Part shown: positions 25,970 to 37,710 of the stretch, piece by piece
Numbering within the stretch: the first letter of the stretch is position 1
How the letters are laid out: each line of letters opens with the position of its first letter
Assembly (NCBI GenBank): GCA_002269645.1
Contig: NIVC01002559.1
Span: forward strand, 1 to 64,000
Direction: 5' to 3'
Origin: Macrostomum lignano
Lineage: Eukaryota
Length of the DNA stretch: 64,000 bases
The notes under the pieces: generated by a model
Seen by the model: only the letters and a program-made list of their open reading frames with translations
Told to the model about the DNA's origin: nothing
Database searches by the model: none
Made by a program: the position numbers and the translations under genes

Positions 25970-26509
25970 CTAAAAATAGAAACAAGAGGTCTGGCCAGAA
26001 CGATTTTTATGGCCATCGTTTCTAATGGAGAACTAGGAAACCAAGTTTAATCACGTGACTGCTCTGAGCCAATAGCAGCAGGGGTGATTCCCAAGGTCAT
26101 TCTAGTGCTTGTTTTAGCTAGCCAATAAAAGAGGAGCAAATAAAAAACAATTAACTGACAAGCAATGGCAACTGCGTGCTTTTTTCAATGGATCCCAATG
26201 GTAAATTTAGAACAAATACATTCAGTTGAAAATTTTCAATTTAAAAAATATGGGAAAAAGGTTGCAATTGGCACAAGGGCGTAAACAAGCTATTTTCAGA
26301 GGGGATTGTTTACGCTTGAGATGGCAGTCGTTAAATTTTTTAGAAGTAACAGAAGCCGTCTATAAGGAGTGGCATTGTTTCGTGCTCTGTTTTTTGGCTT
26401 TATTTGCCCATTATAAACGGAACAGTGATGCGGAGCTCTGGTGGCTGCTGCGTGGGCGCAGGCGGGGGTGAGGAAATACCCGGATTGGCTCCTTTATAGC
26501 GCCTGCGAG

Positions 26510-26960
26510 TGGGCTGTGAGGGGTTGTGAGTGGGCTGTGAATATGCTGTGAGCAGGGTGTGAGCAGGCTGTAAGTGGGCAGTTAGTAGGCTGTGAATGGG
26601 CTGTGAATGGGCTGCGAGTGGGCTGTGAATGGGCTTTGAGCGGCTGTAAGTGGGCTGTGAGTGGGCTGTGAATGGGCTGTGAATGGGCTGCGTGTGGGCT
26701 TTGAGAGGCTGTGAATGGGCTGTGATTAAGCTGTGAGTGGGCTGTGAGTGGGCTATGAGTGGCTGTGAATGGCTGTGAGTGGGCTGTGAATGGGCTGTGA
26801 GTGGCTGTAAATGGCTGTGAGTGGGCTGTGAATGGGCAGTAAGAGGCCGTGAGTGGGCAGTGAGAGGTTGTGAGTGGGCAGTGAGAGGTTGTGAGTGGGC
26901 AGTGAGAGGCTGTGAGTGGGCAGTGAGAGGCTGTTAGTGGGCTGTGAATGGGCTGTGAGT
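26510..26960 (+). repeat. Intronic minisatellite, ~11 bp unit GTGAGTGGGCT
   Basis: Tandem copies are directly visible. Confidence 0.9.
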
Positions 26961-28125
26961 TGGATCGGTTGCTGATAGGTGAAGCACATGTAGATAAATG
27001 TGATAGCTACAGAGTTCAGCGCGATTCGGAGTGATAATCCATACAGATTTCTTCGCTAAGCCGTTATCTTCATAGTTTACAAGAGAGCATTTGACTTACT
27101 TACACCCCCGCCTGCCTTGACTCCCACTGCATCAGAAGCTGAAAGGCCACATTATCCTTGTTCCGTCGACTGCTCAAGCTGCTCGAAGTTCATAACTAAG
27201 AAAAGATAAGATAAGAATAGATAAGAAAAGTACGAAGTTTTTCTGGAGCCCTCATAAATTAATAAATAATGAGCGACAAGACAGCATAAATATGACCACA
27301 TAATTATATGCTTAATTGCATGGTAATTTGGTAAACAGGTCTCGGATAATGGCATTTTCGGCTGAAACATTAAACAGGATACAGATTGAGACTGAACTCA
27401 CGGTGATTATGCACTCACAGTGATTATGCACTCACGGTCAACTCCCTCGATTTTTGCAACCAAAACTTAGAGCAACCGATGCAACAAATATCCACATATG
27501 TGAGCACTTGCACCACAAAAGCCATTACTGCTATGTTAGCACAGTATTGTGACAGTGCAGCTATATGCAGATCAGTCCGAGAGCTGGGCGTGGTCTGAAC
27601 TCTGGCCCGAGACAAAGGAAACTGATGCAGATGTGCAGATCAAGGCGATCCAGTCGCTGGCTCAGATGACGGCGCAAAAGATGAGGCCTGGAGGAGTCTG
27701 ACAGAATCTCACCCTGAGCAAGTGGGCTTTTCACTTTCCCATCTGCAGCCCCATCCAGCCTGCTTTCAAAAAGGATGGGGATACTTGAGCCGCTTTAGCT
27801 ACCCCCCATCCCTGCGTACCTGCAGGGAGCGGCAGGTGCCGGGCGGGGGGCGCCGCGCAATCTCTGATCCCCCATTTTTTCAGTTCCTAAAGGCTTCATC
27901 ACTCTCCCGGGCCAAAGCCGATTAGCTCAATAGGATTCGGGATTCTGGGAACCGGGATTCTGGGATTTTTCAATTCCATTCTCCGCGTCAGTTCCGCTAT
28001 CGTGCCGTTGCCATGGAGACTGGAAGATTTGCCAACAGTGGATAATTCCGGCTGGCACGAAAGAGCAAAAACAATGAGGGGATTGGCGGATTAGGCTGTT
28101 CGTTTTTTAATCCTGCAGCACTGGT

Positions 28126-28298
<173 letters not shown>

Positions 28299-28373
28299 CC
28301 GCATTGCATCCGACGCCAGCCCACAGCTGCACAAATGTGCAGAGCAGCAAGGCAGATGCAGCCGAGTACTCAC

Positions 28374-28471
28374 CGATCGAGCTCGAAGGTCTCCCCCAGC
28401 AGCGGATTAAACGGTTTCCAAATCCGGCCCCAGTTGCTCGACGCGCAGGCCACAGTGAAAGCAGAAATCAG
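28374..28471 (-). CDS. ORP1/2-like gene exon 4
   Basis: TTTTTGCAG|CTG..GAT CG|GTGAGT. Encodes [32 protein letters not shown](R), containing the [10 protein letters not shown] motif. Confidence 0.92.
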
Positions 28472-28980
28472 CTGCAAAAAGAACAATTATTTAAAAACTG
28501 CAAGCATTGGTCCATCGATCGCGCTGCAGTGCACTGTTAGAACTTGGGCCGCCCTGTTGTGACGTGTTCTGCCACATCGCTACTTCCATGCTGATCTGAG
28601 GCGAACCGTTACAGCCCAGATGAAAGGGGAAACGGCAAGGAAAAGATTTATGACTGTAATAAGCTTGCCGCTGGGAGCAAGAGTTGCAGAAGCAGAATCA
28701 GCTGCCTGTGTAAACGATGCAAAAGTACAGGATCAGAAGAGAGGAAATGTCAGTGAGCTTCTGCAGAGCTTTCCTTTGTCCACGGGTCCCGAGTGCCGAA
28801 GAGATGAACACGCAGGGTGATCAAAATGATTTAGTTCAAGTTTTGCAGTAATCAGCAATGAAGTTGCCTGCTTATTCTGGTTTCAATCGGATTCCTTGGT
28901 GACGGAACTTCCCCAGATATCAAGGGTTCAGTAAAATTCCGAATGGAAAATTCCGAGGTATATCGTTGGAGGTCCTAATG

Positions 28981-29942
28981 GAATTTCCCCACGGATAGTT
29001 CTGGAAAATTCCAATGAATTTGGGCCGGCCTGCCCATGGAATTTCCCCACGGATAGTTCTGGAAAATTCCAATGAATTTGGGCCGGCCTGCCCATGGAAT
29101 TTCCCCACGGATAGTTCTGGAAAATTCCAATGAATTTGGGCCGGCCTGCCCATGGAATTTCCCCACGGATAGTTCTGGAAAATTCCAATGAATTTGGGCC
29201 GGCCTGCCCATGGAATTTCCCCACGGATAGTTCTGGAAAATTCCAATGAATTTGGGCCGGCCTGCCCATGGAAATTCCCCACGGATAGTTCTGGAAAATT
29301 CCAATGAATTTGGGCCGGCCTGCCCATGGAATTTCCCCACAGATAGTTCTGGAAAATTCCAATGAATTTGGGCCGGCCTGCCCATGGAATTTCCCCACGG
29401 ATAGTTCTGGAAAATTCCGATGAATTTGGGCCGGCCTGCCCATGGAATTTCCCCACGAATAGTTCTCGAAAATTCCAATGAATTTGGGCTGGTCTGCCCA
29501 TGGAATTTCCCCACAGATAGTTCTGGAAAATTCCAATGAATTTGGGCCGGCCTGCCCATGGAATTTCCCCACGGATAGTTCTGGAAAATTCCGATGAATT
29601 TGGGCCGGCCTGCCCATGGAATTTCCCCACGAATAGTTCTCGAAAATTCCAATGAATTTGGGCTGGTCTGCCCATGGAATTTCCCCACAGATAGTTCTGG
29701 AAAATTCCAATGAATTTGGGCCGGCCTGCCCATGGAATTTCCCCACGGATAGTTCTGGAAAATTCCGATGAATTTGGGCCGGCCTGCCCATGGAATTTCC
29801 CCACGAATAGTTCTGGAAAATTCCGATGAATTTGGGCCGGCCTGCCCATGGAATTTCCCCACGGATAGTTCTGGAAAATTCCAATGAATTTGGGGACCGG
29901 CCTGCCCATGGAAATTCCCCACGGATAGTTCTGGAAAATTTT
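28981..29942 (+). repeat. Intronic 58 bp tandem repeat (~16 copies)
   Basis: GAATTTCCCCACGGATAGTTCTGGAAAATTCCAATGAATTTGGGCCGGCCTGCCCATG repeated with few variants. Confidence 0.95.
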
Positions 29943-29995
29943 CCGGATATAAATTTAGAGAGCGCTATTTTTAGCATAGTGGATTGGAGCTTCAC

Positions 29996-30130
29996 CTCCA
30001 GTCGGCCGACCGCGCTGTCGCACCTCTCGGCCAGGTACAGCAGGTGCGAGTGCTCCAGCTGCTCGCTAAGCCGCTGCAGAAACGACAGCGGCTCGTTAAA
30101 ACCGACGGGGATGGAGACGCGGCTGAGCTC
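29996..30130 (-). CDS. ORP1/2-like gene exon 3
   Basis: CTTCTCAG|GAG..GAG|GTGAAG. Encodes ELSRVSIPVGFNEPLSFLQRLSEQLEHSHLLYLAERCDSAVGRLE (family motif LSKI.MPV.FNEPLSFLQRL). Confidence 0.92.
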
Positions 30131-30226
30131 CTGAGAAGATGGAGATGGAGAGGTGGAATCGAACAGGATGAGAGGGATCCTGTACAGATCTAATTATACC
30201 AATAAAAGATTTCATTTCCTTCTCAC

Positions 30227-30305
30227 TTTTCCGATGCAATTCTTCAGCACCGACCAGATGTTGCAGCCGTCGCCGTCGCGCCGCATTTCCGCCGGAAGTT
30301 CCTCG
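30227..30305 (-). CDS. ORP1/2-like gene exon 2
   Basis: TTTCTTTAG|C..AAA|GTGAGA. Encodes EELPAEMRRDGDGCNIWSVLKNCIGK (family motif W.S.LKNCIGK). The phase is consistent with both neighbouring exons. Confidence 0.88.
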
Positions 30306-30386
30306 CTAAAGAAATTAATTGAGAATGGGATGAATCCGTCTGAATCCCCTTCAGTTTGACATTGGCTGCCTGAGAGATTTGAAGGC

Positions 30387-31365
30387 CTAACCCACCTGGG
30401 ATCCGAATGCCTGACCCACCTGGGATCCGAATGCCTGACCCACCTGGGATCCGAATGCCTGACCCACCTGGGATCCTAATGCCTGACCCACCTGGGATCC
30501 GAATGCCTGACCCACCTGGGATCCTAATGCCTGACCCACCTGGGATCCGAATGCCTGACCCACCTGGGATCCTAATGCCTGACTCACATGAGATCCGAAT
30601 GCCTGACCCACCTGAGATCCGAATGCCTGACTCACATGAGATCCTAATGCCTGACCCACCTGGGATCCGAATGCCTGAACCACCTGAGATCCGAATGCCT
30701 GACCCATCTGAGATCTGAATTCCTGACCCACCTGGGATCCGAATGCCTGACCCACCTGGGATCCTAATGCCTGACCCACCTGGGATCCGAATGCCTCTGA
30801 TCGACCTGAGATCCGAATGCCTGACCCACCTGGGATCCTAATGCCTGACCCACCTGGGATCTGAATTCCTGACCCCCCTGAGATCCGAATGTCTGACCCA
30901 CCTGAGATCCGAATGCCTGACCCACCTGAGATCCGTATGCCTGACCCATCTGAGATCTGAATTCCTGACCCACCTGGGATCCGAATGCCTGACCCACCTG
31001 GGATCCGAATGCCTGACCCACCTGGGATCCTAATGCCTGACTCACATGAGATCCGAATGCCTGACCCACCCGAGATCTGAATTCCTGACCCACCTGAGAT
31101 CCGAATGTCTGACCCACCTGAGATCCGAATGCCTGACTCACATGAGATCCTAATGCCTGACCCACCTGAGATCCGAATGCCTGACCCACCTGAGATCCGA
31201 ATGCCTGACCCATCTGAGATCTGAATTCCTGACCCACCTGAGATCCGAATGCCTGACCCATCTGAGATCTGAATTCCTGACCCACCTGAGATCCGAATGC
31301 CTGACCCACCTGAGATCTGAATGCCTGACCCACTTGAGATCCGAATGCCTGACCCACCTGAGATC
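30387..31365 (+). repeat. Intronic 24 bp minisatellite GACCCACCTGGGATCCGAATGCCT
   Basis: About 40 tandem copies with variants. Confidence 0.95.
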
Positions 31366-31393
31366 GTTGATCAAATATGAAAGCTCAACTCAC

Positions 31394-31461
31394 CGCCCGA
31401 CGTCCCAGTCCACCGAGCTGCTATCCAGAGGTTTGCAAAAGTTTTCTGTGCTCAAATCCAT
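31394..31461 (-). CDS. Probable first coding exon of the ORP1/2-like gene (MDLSTENFCKPLDSSSVDWDVG(R))
   Basis: ATG at 31461 and a phase-2 donor CG|GTGAGT that joins exon 2 in frame (R-EELP), with an in-frame stop upstream. The start is not proven. Confidence 0.5.
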
Positions 31462-31774
31462 GCTGTCGAATTCGTGGCTAATTCTGGCTTAGTAGTGTGG
31501 CACAGCTTTTGGGGCGGTTTCGGTAGTATTTTAGGATTTGCAAGTATGCTTCTGAGTATTTTTAAGCTCTTAGTTTCCTCATGAGTAGTGGGGATTCGCT
31601 TGGGAGACCTCCGCCAATCCGCGTAGAGACATTCCTTGGCAAGTGGAAGCAGCTGTATCGATTGAGTTTGTAGAATCGCAGCCAGCTTCAGCTTGAGTAC
31701 ACTTGCTATGGGCACTGAACAGTGAGATTATGCACTGTTCCGGATTGACCTAATTATCTCAAAATTAACAGCTG

Positions 31775-32212
31775 ACAGTCTTATCTAACAGGTGTCTGAT
31801 TTATCTAACAGGTACCAGTCTTATCTAACAATGTCTGTCTTATCTAACAGGTGTTTTGTCTTATCTAACATTGTCTGTCTTATCTAACAGGTGTCTGATT
31901 TATCTAACAGGTACCAGTCTTATCTAACAGGTGTCTGTCTTAACTAACAGGTGTCTGATTTATCTAACAGGTGTCTGTCTTATCAAACGGGTGTCTGTCT
32001 TATCTAACGGGTGTCCTGTCTTATCTAACAGGTGTATGTCTTATCTAACAGGTGTCCTGTCTTATCTAACAGGTGTCTGTCTTATCTAAGGGGTGTCTGT
32101 CTTATCTAACGGGTGTCCTGTCTTATCTAACAGGTGTCTGTCTTATCTAACAGGTGTCTGTCTTATCTAACGGGTGTCCTGTCTTATCTAACAGGTGTCT
32201 GTCTTATCTAAA
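31775..32212 (+). repeat. Minisatellite, 20-21 bp unit GTCTTATCTAACAGGTGTCT
   Basis: Tandem copies are directly visible. Confidence 0.9.
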
Positions 32213-32629
32213 AAAGTCCTGTTATAATATCATTTTGCTTTCAACTCAATTCAGTAACGGCCGGGCATTTCGTAAATGACGGGAGGCAAAACAACATCAA
32301 GCACTTTGTTCCAGCCGTGGCTGACTAGTTGTAGCTGGACTTCCTCATTTTCCCATAGTTTCCTGCTCAGACATTTTCAATAGACGCCACCTTAATTGAA
32401 AGAGGTGGCGTTGTTGGGACAATCTGCTTCCTGACGTTGGAAAGTAAATTACAGTTGCAGATGGGAATTTTCAGTTTATAAAATAAAGATGAACAAGCAT
32501 ATTGGTCTGCAGCTCATGCGGGCTTGATGACGCATCGCAGATTCTCAGTCAGCTTCAGCCCTCAGAACTGGACCCTTCTAATATCCCCAGAATCTTCCCC
32601 CCAGAAGAAGAATCTTCCCCTTCCAATAT

Positions 32630-34250
32630 CCCAGCAGAATCGCCTCCCCCCCAACTTCCCCAGCAGAATCGCCCCCAATATCCTTAGCAGAATCGCCCCC
32701 AATATCCCTAGCAGAATCGCCCCCAATATCCCTAGCAGAATCGCCCCCAATATCCCTAGCAGAATCGCCCCCAATATCCACAGCAGAATCGCCCCCAATA
32801 TCCCTAGCAGAATCGCCCCCAATATCCACAGCAGAATCGCCCCCAATATCCACAGCAGAATCGCCCCCAATATCCCTAGCAGAATCGCCCCCAATATCCA
32901 CAGCAGAATCGCCCCCAATATCCACAGCAGAATCGCCCCCAATATCCACAGCAGAATCGCCCCCAATATCCCAGCAGAATCGCCCCCAATATCCCCAGCA
33001 GAATCGCCCCCAATATCCCCAGCAGAATCGCCCCCAATATCCCCAGCAGAATCGCCCCCAATATCCCTAGCAGAATCGCCCCCAATATCCCTAGCAGAAT
33101 CGCCCCCAATATCCACAGCAGAATCGCCCCCAATATCCCTAGCAGAATCGCCCCCAATATCCACAGCAGAATCGCCCCCAATATCCACAGCAGAATCGCC
33201 CCCAATATCCCTAGCAGAATCGCCCCCAATATCCACAGCAGAATCGCCCCCAATATCCACAGCAGAATCGCCCCCAATATCCACAGCAGAATCGCCCCCA
33301 ATATCCCAGCAGAATCGCCCCCAATATCCCCAGCAGAATCGCCCCCAATATCCCCAGCAGAATCGCCCCCAATATCCCCAGCAGAATCGCCCCCAATATC
33401 CCTAGCAGAATCGCCCCCAATATCCCTAGCAGAATCGCCCCCAATATCCACAGCAGAATCGCCCCCAATATCCACAGCAGAATCGCCCCCAATATCCCTA
33501 GCAGAATCGCCCCCAATATCCCTAGCAGAATCGCCCCCAATATCCCTAGCAGAATCGCCCCCAATATCCCTAGCAGAATCGCCCCAATATCCCCAGCAGA
33601 ATCGCCCCCAATATCCCTAGCAGAATCGCCCCCAATATCCCTAGCAGAATCGCCCCCAATATCCCCAGCAGAATCGCCCCCAATATCCCCAGCAGAATCG
33701 CCCCCAATATCCCCAGCAGAATCGCCCCCAATATCCACAGCAGAATCGCCCCCAATATCCCTAGCAGAATCGCCCCCAATATCCACAGCAGAATCGCCCC
33801 CAATATCCACAGCAGAATCGCCCCCAATATCCCTAGCAGAATCGCCCCCAATATCCACAGCAGAATCGCCCCCAATATCCACAGCAGAATCGCCCCCAAT
33901 ATCCCTAGCAGAATCGCCCCAATATCCCTAGCAGAATCGCCCCCAATATCCCCAGCAGAATCGCCCCCAATATCCCTAGCAGAATCGCCCCCAATATCCA
34001 CAGCAGAATCGCCCCCAATATCCCTAGCAGAATCGCCCCCAATATCCACAGCAGAATCGCCCCCAATATCCACAGCAGAATCGCCCCCAATATCCCTAGC
34101 AGAATCGCCCCCAATATCCACAGCAGAATCGCCCCCAATATCCACAGCAGAATCGCCCCCAATATCCCTAGCAGAATCGCCCCCAATATCCCTAGCAGAA
34201 TCGCCCCCAATATCCCCAGCAGAATCGCCCCCAATATGCCCAAAAGAATC
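32630..34250 (+). repeat. Minisatellite, 23-24 bp unit AGCAGAATCGCCCCCAATATCCCT
   Basis: More than 60 tandem copies. It is the source of the DIGGDSA/LGAILLGI ORFs. Confidence 0.95.
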
Positions 34251-34717
34251 GCAGAATCAGTGAGGCTAAACTGCAATGCATCTGCTTGTCCCTCTCGCTC
34301 TCTCCAAGTGGAACTCTAATCGGATGAGATGACGCAGCTCATACTAGAGAGGCTGGATGCGTTGGTGAACAGAGGCGGTCACACACTTCTGGCTACTGTA
34401 TGTACTGCTCGCCATACCCATGGCAATTTGGGACCACGGCTTGTGTGGCGCTCTCTGCTTTCCCGCGCTCAAGAAGTGATGGGGCAGCGTTTGGGCACTT
34501 ACTCCCAAGGGGGGTGTACGCATGAGGAGGCTGGGGATGGGGCGCAAACACAGCTGAGCTGCAAAGAGGGGGGGGGTTGTGGTTCGCGAGTCTGTTGACA
34601 GCGCCGTGTTTGGCCCAGTCAAGGAGGCCCAGACCGACCCAGAGACTGGACCAGCAACTCGTCCGGACAAGTGCAATTGCAGATCGGTTGTTAAGTTTAC
34701 TTTGGCTCGTAGCTTTT

Positions 34718-34912
34718 AGTCATATAGTCATATCCATATCTCATTCAGATATAGTCATATCCATATCGATCATTCAGATATATTCATATCCATATCTCAT
34801 TCAGATATAGTCATATCCATATCTCATTCAGATATAATCATATCCATATCTCATCCAGATATAATCATATCCATATCTCATCCAGATATAATCATATCCA
34901 TATCTCATTCAA
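34718..34912 (+). repeat. 27 bp minisatellite ATATAGTCATATCCATATCTCATTCAG
   Basis: About 7 tandem copies. Confidence 0.85.
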
Positions 34913-35649
34913 AAGTTCGTTTAAATTCGGAAGCCAACTTTACAGAGTCATTTTTTCGTGTGTGAAAACTGAAGTCGAACTATAGTTGTCTGAATATTTG
35001 GTGTTTTGGTGAAGAGTTGCCGCTCCAAGTTCTGGCTCTGGGTGTCCCTGGCCCCGGCCGCACAAGTGCATCTGGACCTACTGCATGGGCTTGCCATAGC
35101 TGCATCGGGTCTCAGCTGCTGCTCTGCTTTGGAGGAAATTAGCTGATGAAATTGGGAAACAATTTTTGTGCAAAAGGAGATTAGCGCAGCTGATGCTGTG
35201 TGTACAGCAGTTCAGTTTTGTGCGCGAATAGTCAGCATCTATAGTATGCTCAATTATTGTTTAATGTGTAAAATGTGTAACACAATGATAAAATAGATTA
35301 ACAAAACCCATAAGTCCAGTTGTGCCATTTTCTATTATTATTAGGCATAGGACAGGTACGTATAGGATATAAAAGTAACATGGAATCCTTATTTTCTAAA
35401 CGAAAAGCTTTATGGTCGAAAATCAAGGAGCCAGTCATATTAAAAGATGAACATTGAGTCCGCCTCCTACCGAAAGCAATCAAAATTTGTGCTGAAAAAA
35501 AACTTCATTCTGTGCATTTTTTCCGTAAAGCCTAGCTGCCTCCTAAAATTTTCCAAGAAACGTCACACATAAAAGAAGCGTCATGTCGAACATAAAATTT
35601 TTTTTTTGAATCGCTACGATGTCAAGGCTTGGACGGAATCGCTATAATG

Positions 35650-36197
35650 CTGTGACTCTTGGGGAGAATTGCTGAAATTTCAAGGCTTGCGGTGAAAGAA
35701 TTGCTGAGATTTCAAGGTCGACGGGGGTTTTGTTGAGATTTCAAGGCTTATGAGGAGCATTGCTAAGATGTCAAGGCTCACGGGGGGATTGTTGAGATGT
35801 CAAGGCTCACGGGGGGATTGTTGAGATGTCAAGGCTCACGGGGGGATTGTTGAGATGTCAAGGCTCACGGGGGATTGTTGATATTTCAAGGCTCACGGGG
35901 GGATCGTTGAGATGTCAAGGCTCACGGGGGGATTGTTGAGATGTCAAGGCTCACGGGGGGATTGTTGAGATGTCAAGGCTCACGGGGGATTGTTGAGATG
36001 TCAAGGCTCACGGGGGATTGTTGAGATGTCAAGGCTCACGGGGGGATCGTTGAGATGTCAAGGCTCACGGGGGATTGTTGAGATGTCAAGGCTCACGGGG
36101 GGATTGTTGAGATGTCAAGGCTCACGGGGGGATTGTTAAGATGTCAAGGCTCACGGGGGGATTGTTGATATTTCAAGGCTCACGGGGGATTGTTGAG
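35650..36197 (+). repeat. 28-29 bp minisatellite GAGATGTCAAGGCTCACGGGGGGATTGTT
   Basis: About 18 tandem copies, degenerate at the left edge. Confidence 0.9.
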
Positions 36198-36774
36198 GTT
36201 ATTGCAAGGAGAAGCTAAATGTAGTTTATTCAAAAGTTTGTATTCCATTCTTCTTGGCTCTTACATTTTTCGGCATAAATCCTAGCCCTCATTCTGTGCG
36301 TTGAAGTCAACTCTTAAGAACCGTTTGGTGGAAAACAATTAAGACTGAAATTAATAACCCAAGATGCTATTATGCTTGAAAAAGCACGATCAGACATCGA
36401 GCTGCTGGGATCGCCATTGCTGTATTTTTGTTTGAAACAAAACTAAGTAAATTGGTTTAAATTGCATTGAATTTGGCTACACGAGAAATGCGAATTTACT
36501 AAATTTGTAGCACAATAATAATGACAAAAATTAGCACAAATAAAAATACACTTAAAAAAACAATTATTTAAACACGGTACAGCTGAGAATAATAAATATG
36601 AAAAAATGCCAGGAAATGGAGACACACACTACTTGAATAAATAAGAAAAGTAGCTAATTGTGCAAAACAACAATTATAAAAATACGAGAAAAATACACAG
36701 CAATTTAGAAAACACGGTGTCAAGTCTGACAATTGCAGCAAACATCAGACCCCAGCGCACAGGTCAGCCACTTC

Positions 36775-37052
36775 CTAAGCCAGGCCAGCCGTGGCAGGCA
36801 GCAGGCAGTCTCCAACAATGCTGTCAGCACTGGCTGCGGCTCCAGGCTGGGCCAGGCGCTCCCAGACAGCGGCCAACTCTGGGACGGCCGGGTCGCAGGC
36901 CACCGACAGAGGGCCGTCCGGTGGAGCCTCCTGGCCCACCGTGACGCTGATGAGGTAGCCGGAGCCGGGGCACACCAGCTGGAAGCTGACAGCCGACTCA
37001 GCCGGGTGATGCCGCGGGTTAATAAGCGAGCAGCCGTCTGAGTTCCAGCGAA
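36775..37052 (-). CDS. Exon 2 of a two-exon uncharacterised protein (~284 aa); C-terminal domain weakly RWD/Spc25-like
   Basis: Acceptor TTTTTTCAG| at 37053. Joins exon 1 in phase 1 and stays open to TAG at 36775, with GC-rich coding-like codons. Confidence 0.65.
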
Positions 37053-37133
37053 CTGAAAAAATTCAATAAATGGTAAGTAAAATCATGACTAAATGAACCA
37101 ATTGTCAATCTCTGATTTGACAACAATACTTAC

Positions 37134-37710
37134 GAGGTTTTGCCATTGAAAGAAGCTTTTTATAAAGCTGCTGCAATGGTGGTGCTTCTTTAGTGTCAGT
37201 CTCTAGATCAGCCTGAGGAGCAGTCTCTAGATCAGCCTGAGGAGCAGTCTCTAGATTAGCCTGAGGAGCAGTCTCTAGATCAGCCTGAGGAGCAGTCTCT
37301 AGATTAGCCTGAGGAGCAATCTCTAGATCAGCCTGAGGAGCAGTCTCTAGATCAGCCTGAGGAGCAGTCTCTAGATCAGCCTGGGGAGCAGTCTCTAGAT
37401 CAGCCTGGGGAGCAGTCTCTAGATCAGTTTTCTTCTCAAGCGGAGATGTGGCAGAAGGCCAGGCCTCCAGACTTCTCTCGTCGGCTTCAATGCCAAACTC
37501 AACCTCAGAGGACAAAGTCAGCTCGTTGCAAGCAAGAGTTTTTCGGGTTCGTTTCTGCTGCTGAACCGGCTTGTCGATGGTGGCAGAGCCGGCAGCAGCT
37601 GGTGTTGCCTCTGACTGATGCTCTGCCCCTGGCTGGTCTGCAGCAGCCGCAGCTCCACCATAGACATTGCGAAATGTGAGCACCCGGAGAGCATTCAGAA
37701 TGAGGTCCAT
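37134..37710 (-). CDS. Exon 1 of a two-exon uncharacterised protein with (LETAPQAD)n repeats
   Basis: ATG at 37710 (MDLILNALR..), donor C|GTAAGT at 37133 and an 81 bp intron. The 24 bp repeat at ~37200-37425 keeps the frame. Confidence 0.65.

Noticed and set aside
27590-27700. Possible plus-strand terminal exon nested in an ORP intron
   Set aside because: Short, no homology recognised and no partner exons established.
28920-29995. Three overlapping 315-355 aa minus-strand ORFs
   Set aside because: A 58 bp unit without stops opens all three frames; it lies inside an ORP intron.
30387-34276. Repeat-protein-like ORFs (GQAFGSQV, DIGGDSA, SRIAPNIP)
   Set aside because: Minisatellite translations with frequent 23/24 bp frame changes.
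34329-34676. GC-rich ORF-like patch on both strands
   Set aside because: No recognisable domain or consistent splice sites, so it could not be assigned.
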